Below are positions 41,739 through 50,601 of a DNA stretch of 64,000 nucleotides, one piece after another; the first letter of the stretch is position 1; the number at the start of each line of letters is the position of its first letter. Both the position numbers and the translations under genes were made by a program. The DNA lies in IMG/VR virus record IMGVR_UViG_3300035701_000023, positions 4,303 through 68,302 of that record; one strand, 5' to 3'. The stretch comes from a virus. Under the pieces are notes generated by a model that was not told the DNA's origin, did not search any database, and saw only the letters and a list, made by a program, of their open reading frames with translations.

Positions 41739-42338
41739 ATGGACGTAAAATTTAAAAATAAGCCAAAAATTCTCGGGTTAGATATCTCAACCAAAACAAT
41801 TGGATTTGCATTATTTGATATTTCAGGATCAAATCTACTAGAACTAACCCATTTTTCTCCGAAAATTAAACCACAACCAGAAGAGAAGATGGAGGAAATG
41901 ATAAAAAAGGCCGACACATTCAAAAAACATTTAGAAGAATATAAAGATGTGGGAATTGTTCGAGTTATCATTGAGGAACCCTTATTAAATTCAAATAACA
42001 TTTATACAATTGCAACATTATTGAGGTATAACACGATGATTTTAAAATCATGTTATGACGTGTTGGGAATTCTACCAACATTTATTTCTACATATAATGC
42101 AAGAAAATTTGCGTTTCCTGATTTGGTTGGACCAAACGATAAAGGTAGGAATGTTTTGTTTGGTGGATACCCCCGGGATATTGATAAAAAACATATTATT
42201 TGGGAGCACGTAAACGCCGTTTGTCCCGAAGTTAAGTGGTTATATGGTAAAACGGGGTCCCTTAAAAAGGAGTGTTATGATATGAGTGATGCAGCAACAG
42301 CCGTTATTGGGTATATCAATATGAACAAAATAAAATAA
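41739..42338 (+). CDS. RuvC-like Holliday junction resolvase
   Basis: ILGLDISTKTIGFA, VIIEEP and DMSDA RNase H-fold catalytic pattern. Confidence 0.85.
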   Translation: MDVKFKNKPKILGLDISTKTIGFALFDISGSNLLELTHFSPKIKPQPEEKMEEMIKKADTFKKHLEEYKDVGIVRVIIEEPLLNSNNIYTIATLLRYNTMILKSCYDVLGILPTFISTYNARKFAFPDLVGPNDKGRNVLFGGYPRDIDKKHIIWEHVNAVCPEVKWLYGKTGSLKKECYDMSDAATAVIGYINMNKIK

Positions 42339-42409
42339 ATGATAAAAAGTTTTAAATATATTTTCAAGACTATTTTACTTTTTGGTTTTTATGCGTTATA
42401 TTTAAACTA

Positions 42410-42479
42410 GGACGGGACATGTGGAAACGCATGTTGATTAGCATCCTCCGGAGTTGGTGTCTTCGGAGGATTTTTTTTT
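42410..42479 (+). ncRNA. Candidate small RNA with its own promoter and terminator
   Basis: TTTA-N19-TATATTTA promoter-like element (42374-42404); GAAA-tetraloop hairpin 42416-42435; 11-bp terminator stem 42443-42471 plus T run. Confidence 0.5.
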
Positions 42480-42507
42480 ATCACAAATTTTTCGTATTAT
42501 TTTCGTA

Positions 42508-43449
42508 ATGTCAAAACGTAATGAGGAATATATACCAGTTCTTGAAATTTTAAAAGACATTTTAGGTACCTATAAATTTCATAATGATTATAAGGGTCAA
42601 ATCTCCTTTGATTGTCCAGTTTGCTCATATGAAATTAAAGGATTAGAACGTGGAGATGGTAAAGGTAACTTGGAAATCAATTACATAGACGAAGTATACA
42701 AGTGTTGGTCTTGTGCTGAGACTCACGAAACTCACGGATCTATTTTTAAGTTAATTAAATCCTTTGGAACACCAAAACAACTTAAACAATATAAACTTCT
42801 AAGACCCGAATCAGAAGAAGATCGTCCCGAGAGAATCTACAAACCAGTTAAAATTCCCAAAGAATTTATTTCATTTAAAACCGCAAGCCCCGGAATAAGA
42901 CTTACCCATTATTATAAACAGGCGTTAAATTACATTAGAAAAAGAAATATCACCGATGAAATGATTGAAAAATATGACATTGGGTTTTGTTATAGTGGTG
43001 AATATGAAAATAGAATTATAATTCCGTCCTACGATGTTGAGGGGGAGTTAAATTACTTTATTGCTAGATCCTATCTTCCGAAAACAAAAATGAAATATAA
43101 AAATCCTGAAGCCCAAAAGGAGATAATCATATGGAATGAACATCTCATTAATTGGGATGATCCGGTCTATCTTGTTGAAGGGGCGTTCGATGGTATATTC
43201 TTAAATAACTCAATACCCATGTTAGGTAAGTTTATAACAGATAAACTTTTCAAGTTAATATATGAAAACGCAAAAAAAATCATAATAGTTTTGGATGGAG
43301 ATGCTTGGTACGATACGGAAAAACTATACCACAAACTTAATTGTGGTAAATTGTTTGGTAAAATATTCGTTGTCAAACTACCCATAGATAAGGATATTGC
43401 TGATTTACAGGGGAAATTAAACGATTATAAAATATATCAATTAGATTAA
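42508..43449 (+). CDS. dnaG: DNA primase (Zn-finger + TOPRIM)
   Basis: CPVC...YKCWSC zinc finger, RIIIPSY, KYKNP, YLVEGAFD, LDGDA; ATG 42508 preferred over the TTG inside the terminator. Confidence 0.9.
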   Translation: MSKRNEEYIPVLEILKDILGTYKFHNDYKGQISFDCPVCSYEIKGLERGDGKGNLEINYIDEVYKCWSCAETHETHGSIFKLIKSFGTPKQLKQYKLLRPESEEDRPERIYKPVKIPKEFISFKTASPGIRLTHYYKQALNYIRKRNITDEMIEKYDIGFCYSGEYENRIIIPSYDVEGELNYFIARSYLPKTKMKYKNPEAQKEIIIWNEHLINWDDPVYLVEGAFDGIFLNNSIPMLGKFITDKLFKLIYENAKKIIIVLDGDAWYDTEKLYHKLNCGKLFGKIFVVKLPIDKDIADLQGKLNDYKIYQLD

Positions 43450-43450
43450 A

Positions 43451-44308
43451 ATGGATTTAAAAACAATTGCAGAAGAAATAAAAGAAATTATTTCACAGAG
43501 ACAAAAAGAACTTAGATTATCATTCGTAGAGAAAAAACACATTTACTATATGATGGATACCGATGGAAAAATTAGAAGCAATTTCCCATCAGTATCAAAA
43601 CTTGTTAAGAAATTTCATGAACCATTTGATGCTAACGCTAAGTCTCTTCAAATGTGTAAAGGTGATGTTGAGGCTCAGAAACTATTACTTGCTGAATGGA
43701 GAGCCGCTGGTGACTATTCAACTAATATGGGTAGTAGGGTTCACTATTTGTTGGAAACGGATCTTGTGGAAAGATATGGTAATTATAAGGAAATAAGACA
43801 ACCAGAATTTGTGGTTGACGATATTCAAATAGGTAAGAGCGATAAAATGATTGAAGCAGGAAAACAATATATCGACCTGATGCATGAAAGAGGGGCGGTT
43901 TTATTGGATACAGAAATGGTGTTAGGTGATCCTGAATTGGGTTACACTGGACAGCCCGATAAGAACTGGTTGATGTTTAATAAAGAAAAAACCGATATTG
44001 GGTTCGTTGTTTCAGATTGGAAAAGTAATCAACCGAAAAATTTTATTCCACAATGGTATAATAAGTACTTATATCCACCTTTTAATAAACATAGAGATTA
44101 TGCGTTAACACATTATTTTGTACAGTTACCATTATACGCAAGACTTCTCTTAAAAATGTTAAAGGGGTCTAAGTATGAAGATCTAAAATTACTTGGATGT
44201 GTTGTTACACTATTAAAAGAAGATGGAACATTTGAAGAATTCAGAGTTCCTCCAGATATTAACCAAACAATATTAACAATGGACATTACAAAATACACTA
44301 AAAAATAA
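43451..44308 (+). CDS. PD-(D/E)XK exonuclease (RecB/Cas4-like)
   Basis: PSVSKLV, GSRVH, TEM, TGQPD, DWKSN, QLPLY. Confidence 0.85.
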   Translation: MDLKTIAEEIKEIISQRQKELRLSFVEKKHIYYMMDTDGKIRSNFPSVSKLVKKFHEPFDANAKSLQMCKGDVEAQKLLLAEWRAAGDYSTNMGSRVHYLLETDLVERYGNYKEIRQPEFVVDDIQIGKSDKMIEAGKQYIDLMHERGAVLLDTEMVLGDPELGYTGQPDKNWLMFNKEKTDIGFVVSDWKSNQPKNFIPQWYNKYLYPPFNKHRDYALTHYFVQLPLYARLLLKMLKGSKYEDLKLLGCVVTLLKEDGTFEEFRVPPDINQTILTMDITKYTKK

Positions 44309-44313
44309 ACTAT

Positions 44314-44508
44314 ATGAGTGGAGACGTTGAATTTGGTAATTGTAAAATCTGTAAAAAAGAAGACATACCAATAAATAGGAGATACTATCATTATGATATA
44401 AAATGTGAATGTCACTCACCTAATCATTTTGAAATTGTTTACCATTGTAATAATTGTGAACCAAAACCACCACAAAAAACACAAATTTGGATCAAACCAA
44501 TTGATTAA
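44314..44508 (+). CDS. Small Cys/His-rich zinc-finger-like protein
   Basis: CKIC...CECH...H...HCNNC in 64 aa. Confidence 0.65.
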   Translation: MSGDVEFGNCKICKKEDIPINRRYYHYDIKCECHSPNHFEIVYHCNNCEPKPPQKTQIWIKPID

Positions 44509-44520
44509 AAAAATAAATTC

Positions 44521-45324
44521 ATGATAAAGAAGACCATTCACATTGCTGACATCCATATCAGGACGTTTCAATTACACGACCTCTACCGAAAACAATTTGA
44601 AACGTTTTTAGATAAATTAAAAACAGATTTGTTGATGTTTAATAAAGATGAAGTGAGAATTATAATTGCTGGAGATATTGCTCACCAAAAAATAAACATA
44701 TCCAATGAACAGGTTATGTTAACCTCTTGGTTCTTGTCTGAGTTGTCAAAACTTGGTAAGGTAATCATTATTCCGGGTAATCACGATTTCTTGGAGAACA
44801 ACACACAGAGGTTGGATAGTATTTCCCCCGTTGTAGAATTATTAAACAGTTCCAACATTGTTTATTATAAAGATGGTGGAGTATACAAAGATGATAACCT
44901 AAATTGGGTTGTGTTCTCATTATATGAACATAATCAGAGACCAATTTATACACCAGAAAAGGGTGAAATGTATATTGGACTATTCCACGGACCAATACAG
45001 GGATTATCAACCGATTTGGGATTTCAGTTTGAGGATGCATATGAACCATTAAATTTTCATGGGTTAGATCTACTTTTATGTGGAGATATACATAAACGTC
45101 AAATATTCAAATTACCGGGAGGTGGTAAAGGTGTGATGATTGGTTCATTAATACAACAAAATTTTGGGGAAACAATGAAACATCACGGATATGGAGTTTA
45201 TGATGTGGAAGACGATGATTATACATTCGTTGATATTGAAAGTATACAACCATTTATGCATTTTAAAATAACTGACATTAAAGATATTGAAAATGAAAAA
45301 GAAGAGTTACTTAACCTTGGATGA
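44521..45324 (+). CDS. sbcD: Mre11/SbcD (gp47-like) nuclease, C-terminally short
   Basis: HIADIH, AGDIAH, PGNHD, FHG, GDIHKRQ, GSLIQQNFGE. Confidence 0.9.
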   Translation: MIKKTIHIADIHIRTFQLHDLYRKQFETFLDKLKTDLLMFNKDEVRIIIAGDIAHQKINISNEQVMLTSWFLSELSKLGKVIIIPGNHDFLENNTQRLDSISPVVELLNSSNIVYYKDGGVYKDDNLNWVVFSLYEHNQRPIYTPEKGEMYIGLFHGPIQGLSTDLGFQFEDAYEPLNFHGLDLLLCGDIHKRQIFKLPGGGKGVMIGSLIQQNFGETMKHHGYGVYDVEDDDYTFVDIESIQPFMHFKITDIKDIENEKEELLNLG

Positions 45325-45592
45325 TGAGTTCATAATGTATTGTGAGTTAAATAATATTCAAGACATTGAGAAATTAGCGAAGGAGACATTTAATAGAGGG
45401 TTTACTCTTTTGAAATATGGTGAAACCCCAAAAATAGATAAGAAAGAGGTAATAAAAAAATGGGAAGAATCGGAATTACTTAACGGATTAAAGCCAGCTA
45501 AAAAGAAAAAAGCGTTCAAGATAATGGAACCAAATCCAAATCAAACAATAACACCAATAGTAAAAGAAGAAAAAGATTTATATGATGAATAA
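45293..45592 (+). CDS. Hypothetical protein
   Basis: ORF overlapping the end of sbcD; ATG at 45293; terminal KDLYDE. Confidence 0.7.
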   Translation: MKKKSYLTLDDEFIMYCELNNIQDIEKLAKETFNRGFTLLKYGETPKIDKKEVIKKWEESELLNGLKPAKKKKAFKIMEPNPNQTITPIVKEEKDLYDE

Positions 45593-45640
45593 ATTTGGTG
45601 ATATAATTTTTTTTATCATTTTTTTTGTTTATATTTTATT

Positions 45641-45952
45641 ATGTTACAATTAAGTTTATGGATATTGATAGCTTACGGGATGACCTCTATAATTGTGTGG
45701 GGAGCAATATTTGAAGATGTGAGAGGATGGATTAAAAAAAGATCCAAATTCTTTGGTGATTTAATAAGTTGTACATTATGTACAGCAACGTGGGTGGGGT
45801 TCTTCCTGTCCATTTGTTTAGGAGGATTAACATCAACAACCTTTGGTGTTCATTGGTTGATTGGAATATTTTTCGACGGTATGCTTACCGCCGGCGCCGT
45901 TTGGGTATTAAATTCTCTTATCGAGTTCTTCGAAGAGAATAGAATTAAATAA
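45641..45952 (+). CDS. DUF1360-like small membrane protein
   Basis: Three hydrophobic helices with an LISCTLCTATWVG CxxC-W motif. Confidence 0.7.
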   Translation: MLQLSLWILIAYGMTSIIVWGAIFEDVRGWIKKRSKFFGDLISCTLCTATWVGFFLSICLGGLTSTTFGVHWLIGIFFDGMLTAGAVWVLNSLIEFFEENRIK

Positions 45953-45960
45953 TAAATTAA

Positions 45961-46584
45961 ATGGGACATGTAATATTAACAAACGCATCGTATGATGATA
46001 GTAAAATAAGAATCGCCGCCCCCGAAATTATAGAAAAATGTTTAGGAATCAAGGTTTATTCAAACCCAGCAAAATATAAAGTAGATACTTTAACATTTGA
46101 ACATCCAACAATTGAGGCCATTGAACTTGATCATGGACGATTTATTGGTCATTATTTCCATCCAGATAATGAATGGTACAATAAAAAGGGATTGTATGGA
46201 ATACCAAAAATTTTGGACGAAACGTTAAATATTCCGTATAGAAAATTTGAATCAAAAACGGTGGGAAATGGTAAACAGGTCATTTATTTAAGAACTAATA
46301 TTGATTTCTCCCAAGCAAATTTTATTATGCCTCCTATAATTAATGATGTGTCAACACATCTATACTCAACGTGGATTTGTGAGAATAATAAAAATAAAAC
46401 ACCCGAACACTTTGCTTGTTTTTTACGTAAATATTGTAACGTTTATAATAGAGATAAAAAAACAAATCTATTCCTTATGGAAGAAACCATACCCATATTC
46501 AGACTAACATCTGACATAGAAAAAGAGAACGATAAAAAGATGAGACTAATAAGAGTAAATGAACGCAGATTAATAAAAAATTAA
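45961..46584 (+). CDS. Putative PD-(D/E)XK-fold nuclease-like protein
   Basis: YKVDTL...AIELDH...TLNIPYRK pattern resembles small phage restriction-fold proteins. Confidence 0.4.
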   Translation: MGHVILTNASYDDSKIRIAAPEIIEKCLGIKVYSNPAKYKVDTLTFEHPTIEAIELDHGRFIGHYFHPDNEWYNKKGLYGIPKILDETLNIPYRKFESKTVGNGKQVIYLRTNIDFSQANFIMPPIINDVSTHLYSTWICENNKNKTPEHFACFLRKYCNVYNRDKKTNLFLMEETIPIFRLTSDIEKENDKKMRLIRVNERRLIKN

Positions 46585-46655
46585 TATTAAATAAATACAT
46601 ATTCAACTGAACGAATAGATTATTTACATAGTTTTACGTTAAGATAAAAAAATAG

Positions 46656-48992
46656 ATGAACAATCCGTACATAAAAGTTGAATGGGAAGATACACCGGAG
46701 AATCTTACACAGGAAAGAATTAAGAGGGTTAAAACGTATTTTGAAAATAAATACAATTCCACCAACGTAAAAATAGTTACAAAAATATCTTCTAACGATT
46801 CCAACACCAAATTAAAATCATTAGAAGTTAGTGATAATATATTAGATCAACAATATCAGAAAACATTGGTGAAGGATTTTATTGAAGATAATAAAATCGA
46901 CATCAAATGGGACATGGTAAACAGGTTGGACGATAAGGTTAATGCTGAAATCGATAAATCCAATCAAAATAAGGTCAGATATAATAAATGGCATCTTAAA
47001 CGGATTGAATTTTCAAATTTTCTTTCATTCGGTGAAGATAATATAATTGATTTTACGGATCTGGATGGAATAACCGTAATTGAATCAACCCCAAGGAATT
47101 TCGGTGGGAAATCCACCGCCACGGTGGATCTATTGTTGTTTCTGTTCTTTAATGCCACCACAAAAACAAAAACCAACGTTGAGATCTTCAATAAGTTTAC
47201 AGATGTTGATGAGGTAAAAGTTAAAGGACATGTCACCATTGATGGTGAAAATTATGTTATATCGAGAATCATTTCAAGAAAGAAAAGTAAATCAGGAGAG
47301 TATACAGTAAAAAATGACTTGGAATTTTCAAAAGAAAGTAACAATGGTGCAATCTTAAATTTATCGGGTGAACAAAGAAGAGAAACAGAAAGCATCATCA
47401 CTTCAGCAATTGGTACTGAAGAGGATTTTCTTTCAACCATTTTAACTACTGGTAATAATTTAGAAGAACTTATTGAATCAAAACCCACCGCTAGAGGGCA
47501 GATATTAACCAAATTTTTGGGATTGGAAAGTCTCAAACAAAAAGAAGATATTGCTAAGAATATATATAATGAGTGGTCAAAGAAACTTGTTTCTAATACA
47601 AACAATACTGTTGATCTTATTGATCAAAATAAAAAACATTCCGAAAGTATTGAATTTTCAAATTCCGAAATTATACGTTTAAGTGAGAAATTAATTTTAA
47701 CAACTGGGAGATTAAAAGAGTTGGAGGATAAAAGAGAAAACGCCCTTAAATCTAGAAATAACGGAATTGATCAGGAGTTAATTAATACTAACCCCGTAAC
47801 ACTCAAAAAAGAAATTGACATTGATATATTACAGAAATCAACAATCGTAAAATCCGGTAATGAGGTAAATGTGGTTGAACCCAAAAGTTTCTATTTGGAA
47901 GAGGAACACGAATCCATCAAGAAAAAAATATCAAATCTTCAATTTGATATTAAATTAAAAAGGGATGAGATTAATAGAAACAATAATACCATCAAACAGA
48001 TTGAAGAGGGTAAAATTTGTCCAACCTGTAATAGACCAATGGATGAGGTTGATCATAGTGATGAAATTCAAAAATTAAAAGAAACTAATCATGGGTTAAA
48101 CGGGTTAATAGATATAAATGTTTTGGATGTTGATGAAAATACCATCGAAGAAGTTAATTTTTCAATTCTCAAAAAAGAATATGATGAATATGAAAGGAAC
48201 AAGCTTCGTAAAGCAAGATATGAATTGGATGCCGAACAAAAACAGATTGAGATTGATTCCAAACACACAAAATTGGAACGATATGAAAATAATAAATTAA
48301 AACTTGAAGAAAATCAGAAAATTGATCAGGACATAATAATATATAAAACACAAATCGACACCGCGAACGGGGATATTCGGCAAATAAGTAATAATATCGA
48401 GAGGGAAAGAAATAACGTATCCAATCTAACAGAAAAAATTCAAATTAACATTGAACTCATTAAGAAAATCAAAAGTGAAGAGGAGTTGATTGGAGTATTT
48501 AAAATTTATTTTACGATATATGGTAAGAATGGAATATCAAAAGTAATCATCAAAAACATGATACCACTTCTTAATCAGGAGTTACATAGGTTGTTGTCTG
48601 ACAGTTGTTATTTTACTTTAGAACTAAACATCAACGACAAGAATGAATTGGAATTTTTAATGATTGATAATGAAACTCGTGTAGTTAAACCACTATCAAG
48701 TGGATCTGGATATGAAAAAACCATCGCCTCATTAGCAATAAGAAGTGTATTAACGAAGGTTTCATCATTACCCAAACCAAATGTTGTGGTAATGGATGAA
48801 GTGTTGGGTAAAATTGCCGACGATAATTTGGAAATGGTGGGTGAGTTTTTCAAGAAGATTAAAAATTATTTTGAACACATTTTTGTAATATCACACAACC
48901 CGTTGATTAGGAACTGGTCGGATAATATAATTATGATCAAGAAACCCGACAATGTGTCATCAATAGAATACGTTACAACAAAAATTTCATAA
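46656..48992 (+). CDS. sbcC: Rad50/SbcC (gp46-like) ATPase with N-terminal extension
   Basis: IEFSNFLSFG, Walker A NFGGKST, coiled coils, CPTC zinc hook, SGYE signature, VVMDEVLG, VISH. Confidence 0.92.
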   Translation: MNNPYIKVEWEDTPENLTQERIKRVKTYFENKYNSTNVKIVTKISSNDSNTKLKSLEVSDNILDQQYQKTLVKDFIEDNKIDIKWDMVNRLDDKVNAEIDKSNQNKVRYNKWHLKRIEFSNFLSFGEDNIIDFTDLDGITVIESTPRNFGGKSTATVDLLLFLFFNATTKTKTNVEIFNKFTDVDEVKVKGHVTIDGENYVISRIISRKKSKSGEYTVKNDLEFSKESNNGAILNLSGEQRRETESIITSAIGTEEDFLSTILTTGNNLEELIESKPTARGQILTKFLGLESLKQKEDIAKNIYNEWSKKLVSNTNNTVDLIDQNKKHSESIEFSNSEIIRLSEKLILTTGRLKELEDKRENALKSRNNGIDQELINTNPVTLKKEIDIDILQKSTIVKSGNEVNVVEPKSFYLEEEHESIKKKISNLQFDIKLKRDEINRNNNTIKQIEEGKICPTCNRPMDEVDHSDEIQKLKETNHGLNGLIDINVLDVDENTIEEVNFSILKKEYDEYERNKLRKARYELDAEQKQIEIDSKHTKLERYENNKLKLEENQKIDQDIIIYKTQIDTANGDIRQISNNIERERNNVSNLTEKIQINIELIKKIKSEEELIGVFKIYFTIYGKNGISKVIIKNMIPLLNQELHRLLSDSCYFTLELNINDKNELEFLMIDNETRVVKPLSSGSGYEKTIASLAIRSVLTKVSSLPKPNVVVMDEVLGKIADDNLEMVGEFFKKIKNYFEHIFVISHNPLIRNWSDNIIMIKKPDNVSSIEYVTTKIS

Positions 48993-49006
48993 AAAAAATA
49001 AGAAAA

Positions 49007-49678
49007 ATGTACAACAGTAGTAACCAGTTTAATCTTTTTGCAAAAGATAAAGGAATTAGTTCACTTACGATGGATTATCACAAAAAAAGAATTGAAAATA
49101 ATATGACACCATATATTATTGAGGAACGACCAATGAATATTGCTCAGATGGATGTGTTCTCGCGTTTGATGATGGAACGGATTATTTGGGTGGCTGGTGT
49201 TGTAAATGACAATATGTCAACAATTGTTCAGGCACAACTTATGTTCTTGGATAGTATAGATAAGAATGATATTACGATGCATATCGATAGCCCGGGAGGG
49301 GGAGTTAAAGAAGGATTATCGATGATTGATGTTATGGAATACGTTCATTCCGATATAAGAACAATCAACACTGGTATGGCGGCTTCAATGGGATCAATAC
49401 TATTGGGAGCGGGAACAAAAGGTAAAAGAGGATCATTGAGGTTTTCGAAAACAATGCTCCATCAATCTTCAGGTGGATTTGAGGGTAATATTCAAGATGC
49501 TGAAATTAATATGGTGGAATGGAAAAAGACGAATAATATTATTTTTGAACTCTTGGGTAATTATTGTGGGAAGACCAAAGATCAGGTGATGAAAGACGCT
49601 ACCCGGGATTTATGGTTATCTTCTGACGAGGCACTGAAATACGGTATAATCGATGAGATAGTGAAAAAGAAGAAGTAA
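49007..49678 (+). CDS. clpP: ClpP protease subunit
   Basis: MDVFSRLMMERII, AQLMFL, IDSPGG, GMAASMG (Ser), MLHQ (His), RDLWLS (Asp), YGIIDE. Confidence 0.95.
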   Translation: MYNSSNQFNLFAKDKGISSLTMDYHKKRIENNMTPYIIEERPMNIAQMDVFSRLMMERIIWVAGVVNDNMSTIVQAQLMFLDSIDKNDITMHIDSPGGGVKEGLSMIDVMEYVHSDIRTINTGMAASMGSILLGAGTKGKRGSLRFSKTMLHQSSGGFEGNIQDAEINMVEWKKTNNIIFELLGNYCGKTKDQVMKDATRDLWLSSDEALKYGIIDEIVKKKK

Positions 49679-49698
49679 TGGCAATTTCTATATATGTA

Positions 49699-49755
49699 TA
49701 TTTATAGAAATAATTCTAAAAAATTTTGAATTATGAATTTTATTTAATATATTAA
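49699..49755 (+). promoter_or_regulatory. Tandem late (TATTTAT) and host-type promoters upstream of the sigma gene
   Basis: TATTTAT at 49699-49705; TTTG(49725)-N19-TATATTAA(49748). Confidence 0.45.
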
Positions 49756-49778
49756 TAAACCAACACAATCAACTCACC

Positions 49779-50597
49779 ATGCAGATAAAAAAATCTATAA
49801 CCCTAAACACCGAAGAATTTCAACAATACATAAAAGATTTAAAGAAAATACCAGTAATTAGCCACAAAAGGCAGGAGGAGATCTTTTTAAAACTTAATAA
49901 AAAAAATATTGATAAAACGGAACGGGAAGAACTTTTAAATGAGTTGGTGATTGGTAATTTACGTTTTGTGATTTCTGTTGCTAAAATGTATCAAAATCAG
50001 GGGTTAGATATACTTGATTTAATTTCCGAAGGAAATATTGGGTTAATAAAGGCATCCAAGAGATATGATCCAACGAGTGGGTTTAAATTCATATCATATG
50101 CTGTGTGGTGGATAAAACAATCAATCATTGCGTCTTTAAATGAATATTCTCGGACAATACGAATACCATCAAATTTAATTCAAGAGTCACAGAAACAAAA
50201 AAAGGGTAACGATAAATCCGAAGAAAATGATTTTTTCATAAAACCAGAAGATGAATCAAACGAAACTAATTTACCATACTGTGTTGGATTGAATAGTGAA
50301 ATAAATGAAGATGGTGATCAACTTATTGATATCATACCAAATAGAAATGCCGATAATCCTGAAAACTCATTAAATACTAAGGATGAGATAAAAAAGAAGG
50401 TATCATTAATGTTAAGTGTCTTAGATGAAAGAGAAAAAATCATTATTGAAAAATATTATGGATTGACAGGGGTTGAGTCAAATTTAGATGATTTGGGTGA
50501 GGAATTTGGATGTACAAAAGAAAGAATCCGTCAGTTGAGAGATAAAGCCATAAAGAAGTTACGAAACGAAAGTTTTACACTTCTTAAGTATTTATGA
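49779..50597 (+). CDS. RNA polymerase sigma70-family factor (Bacteroidota RpoD-like, no region 1.1)
   Basis: NLRFVISVAKMYQNQG, DLISEGNIGLIKA, GFKFISYAVWWIKQSI, RTIRIP, TKERIRQLRDKAIKKLR. Confidence 0.93.
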   Translation: MQIKKSITLNTEEFQQYIKDLKKIPVISHKRQEEIFLKLNKKNIDKTEREELLNELVIGNLRFVISVAKMYQNQGLDILDLISEGNIGLIKASKRYDPTSGFKFISYAVWWIKQSIIASLNEYSRTIRIPSNLIQESQKQKKGNDKSEENDFFIKPEDESNETNLPYCVGLNSEINEDGDQLIDIIPNRNADNPENSLNTKDEIKKKVSLMLSVLDEREKIIIEKYYGLTGVESNLDDLGEEFGCTKERIRQLRDKAIKKLRNESFTLLKYL

Positions 50598-50601
50598 TAC
50601 T

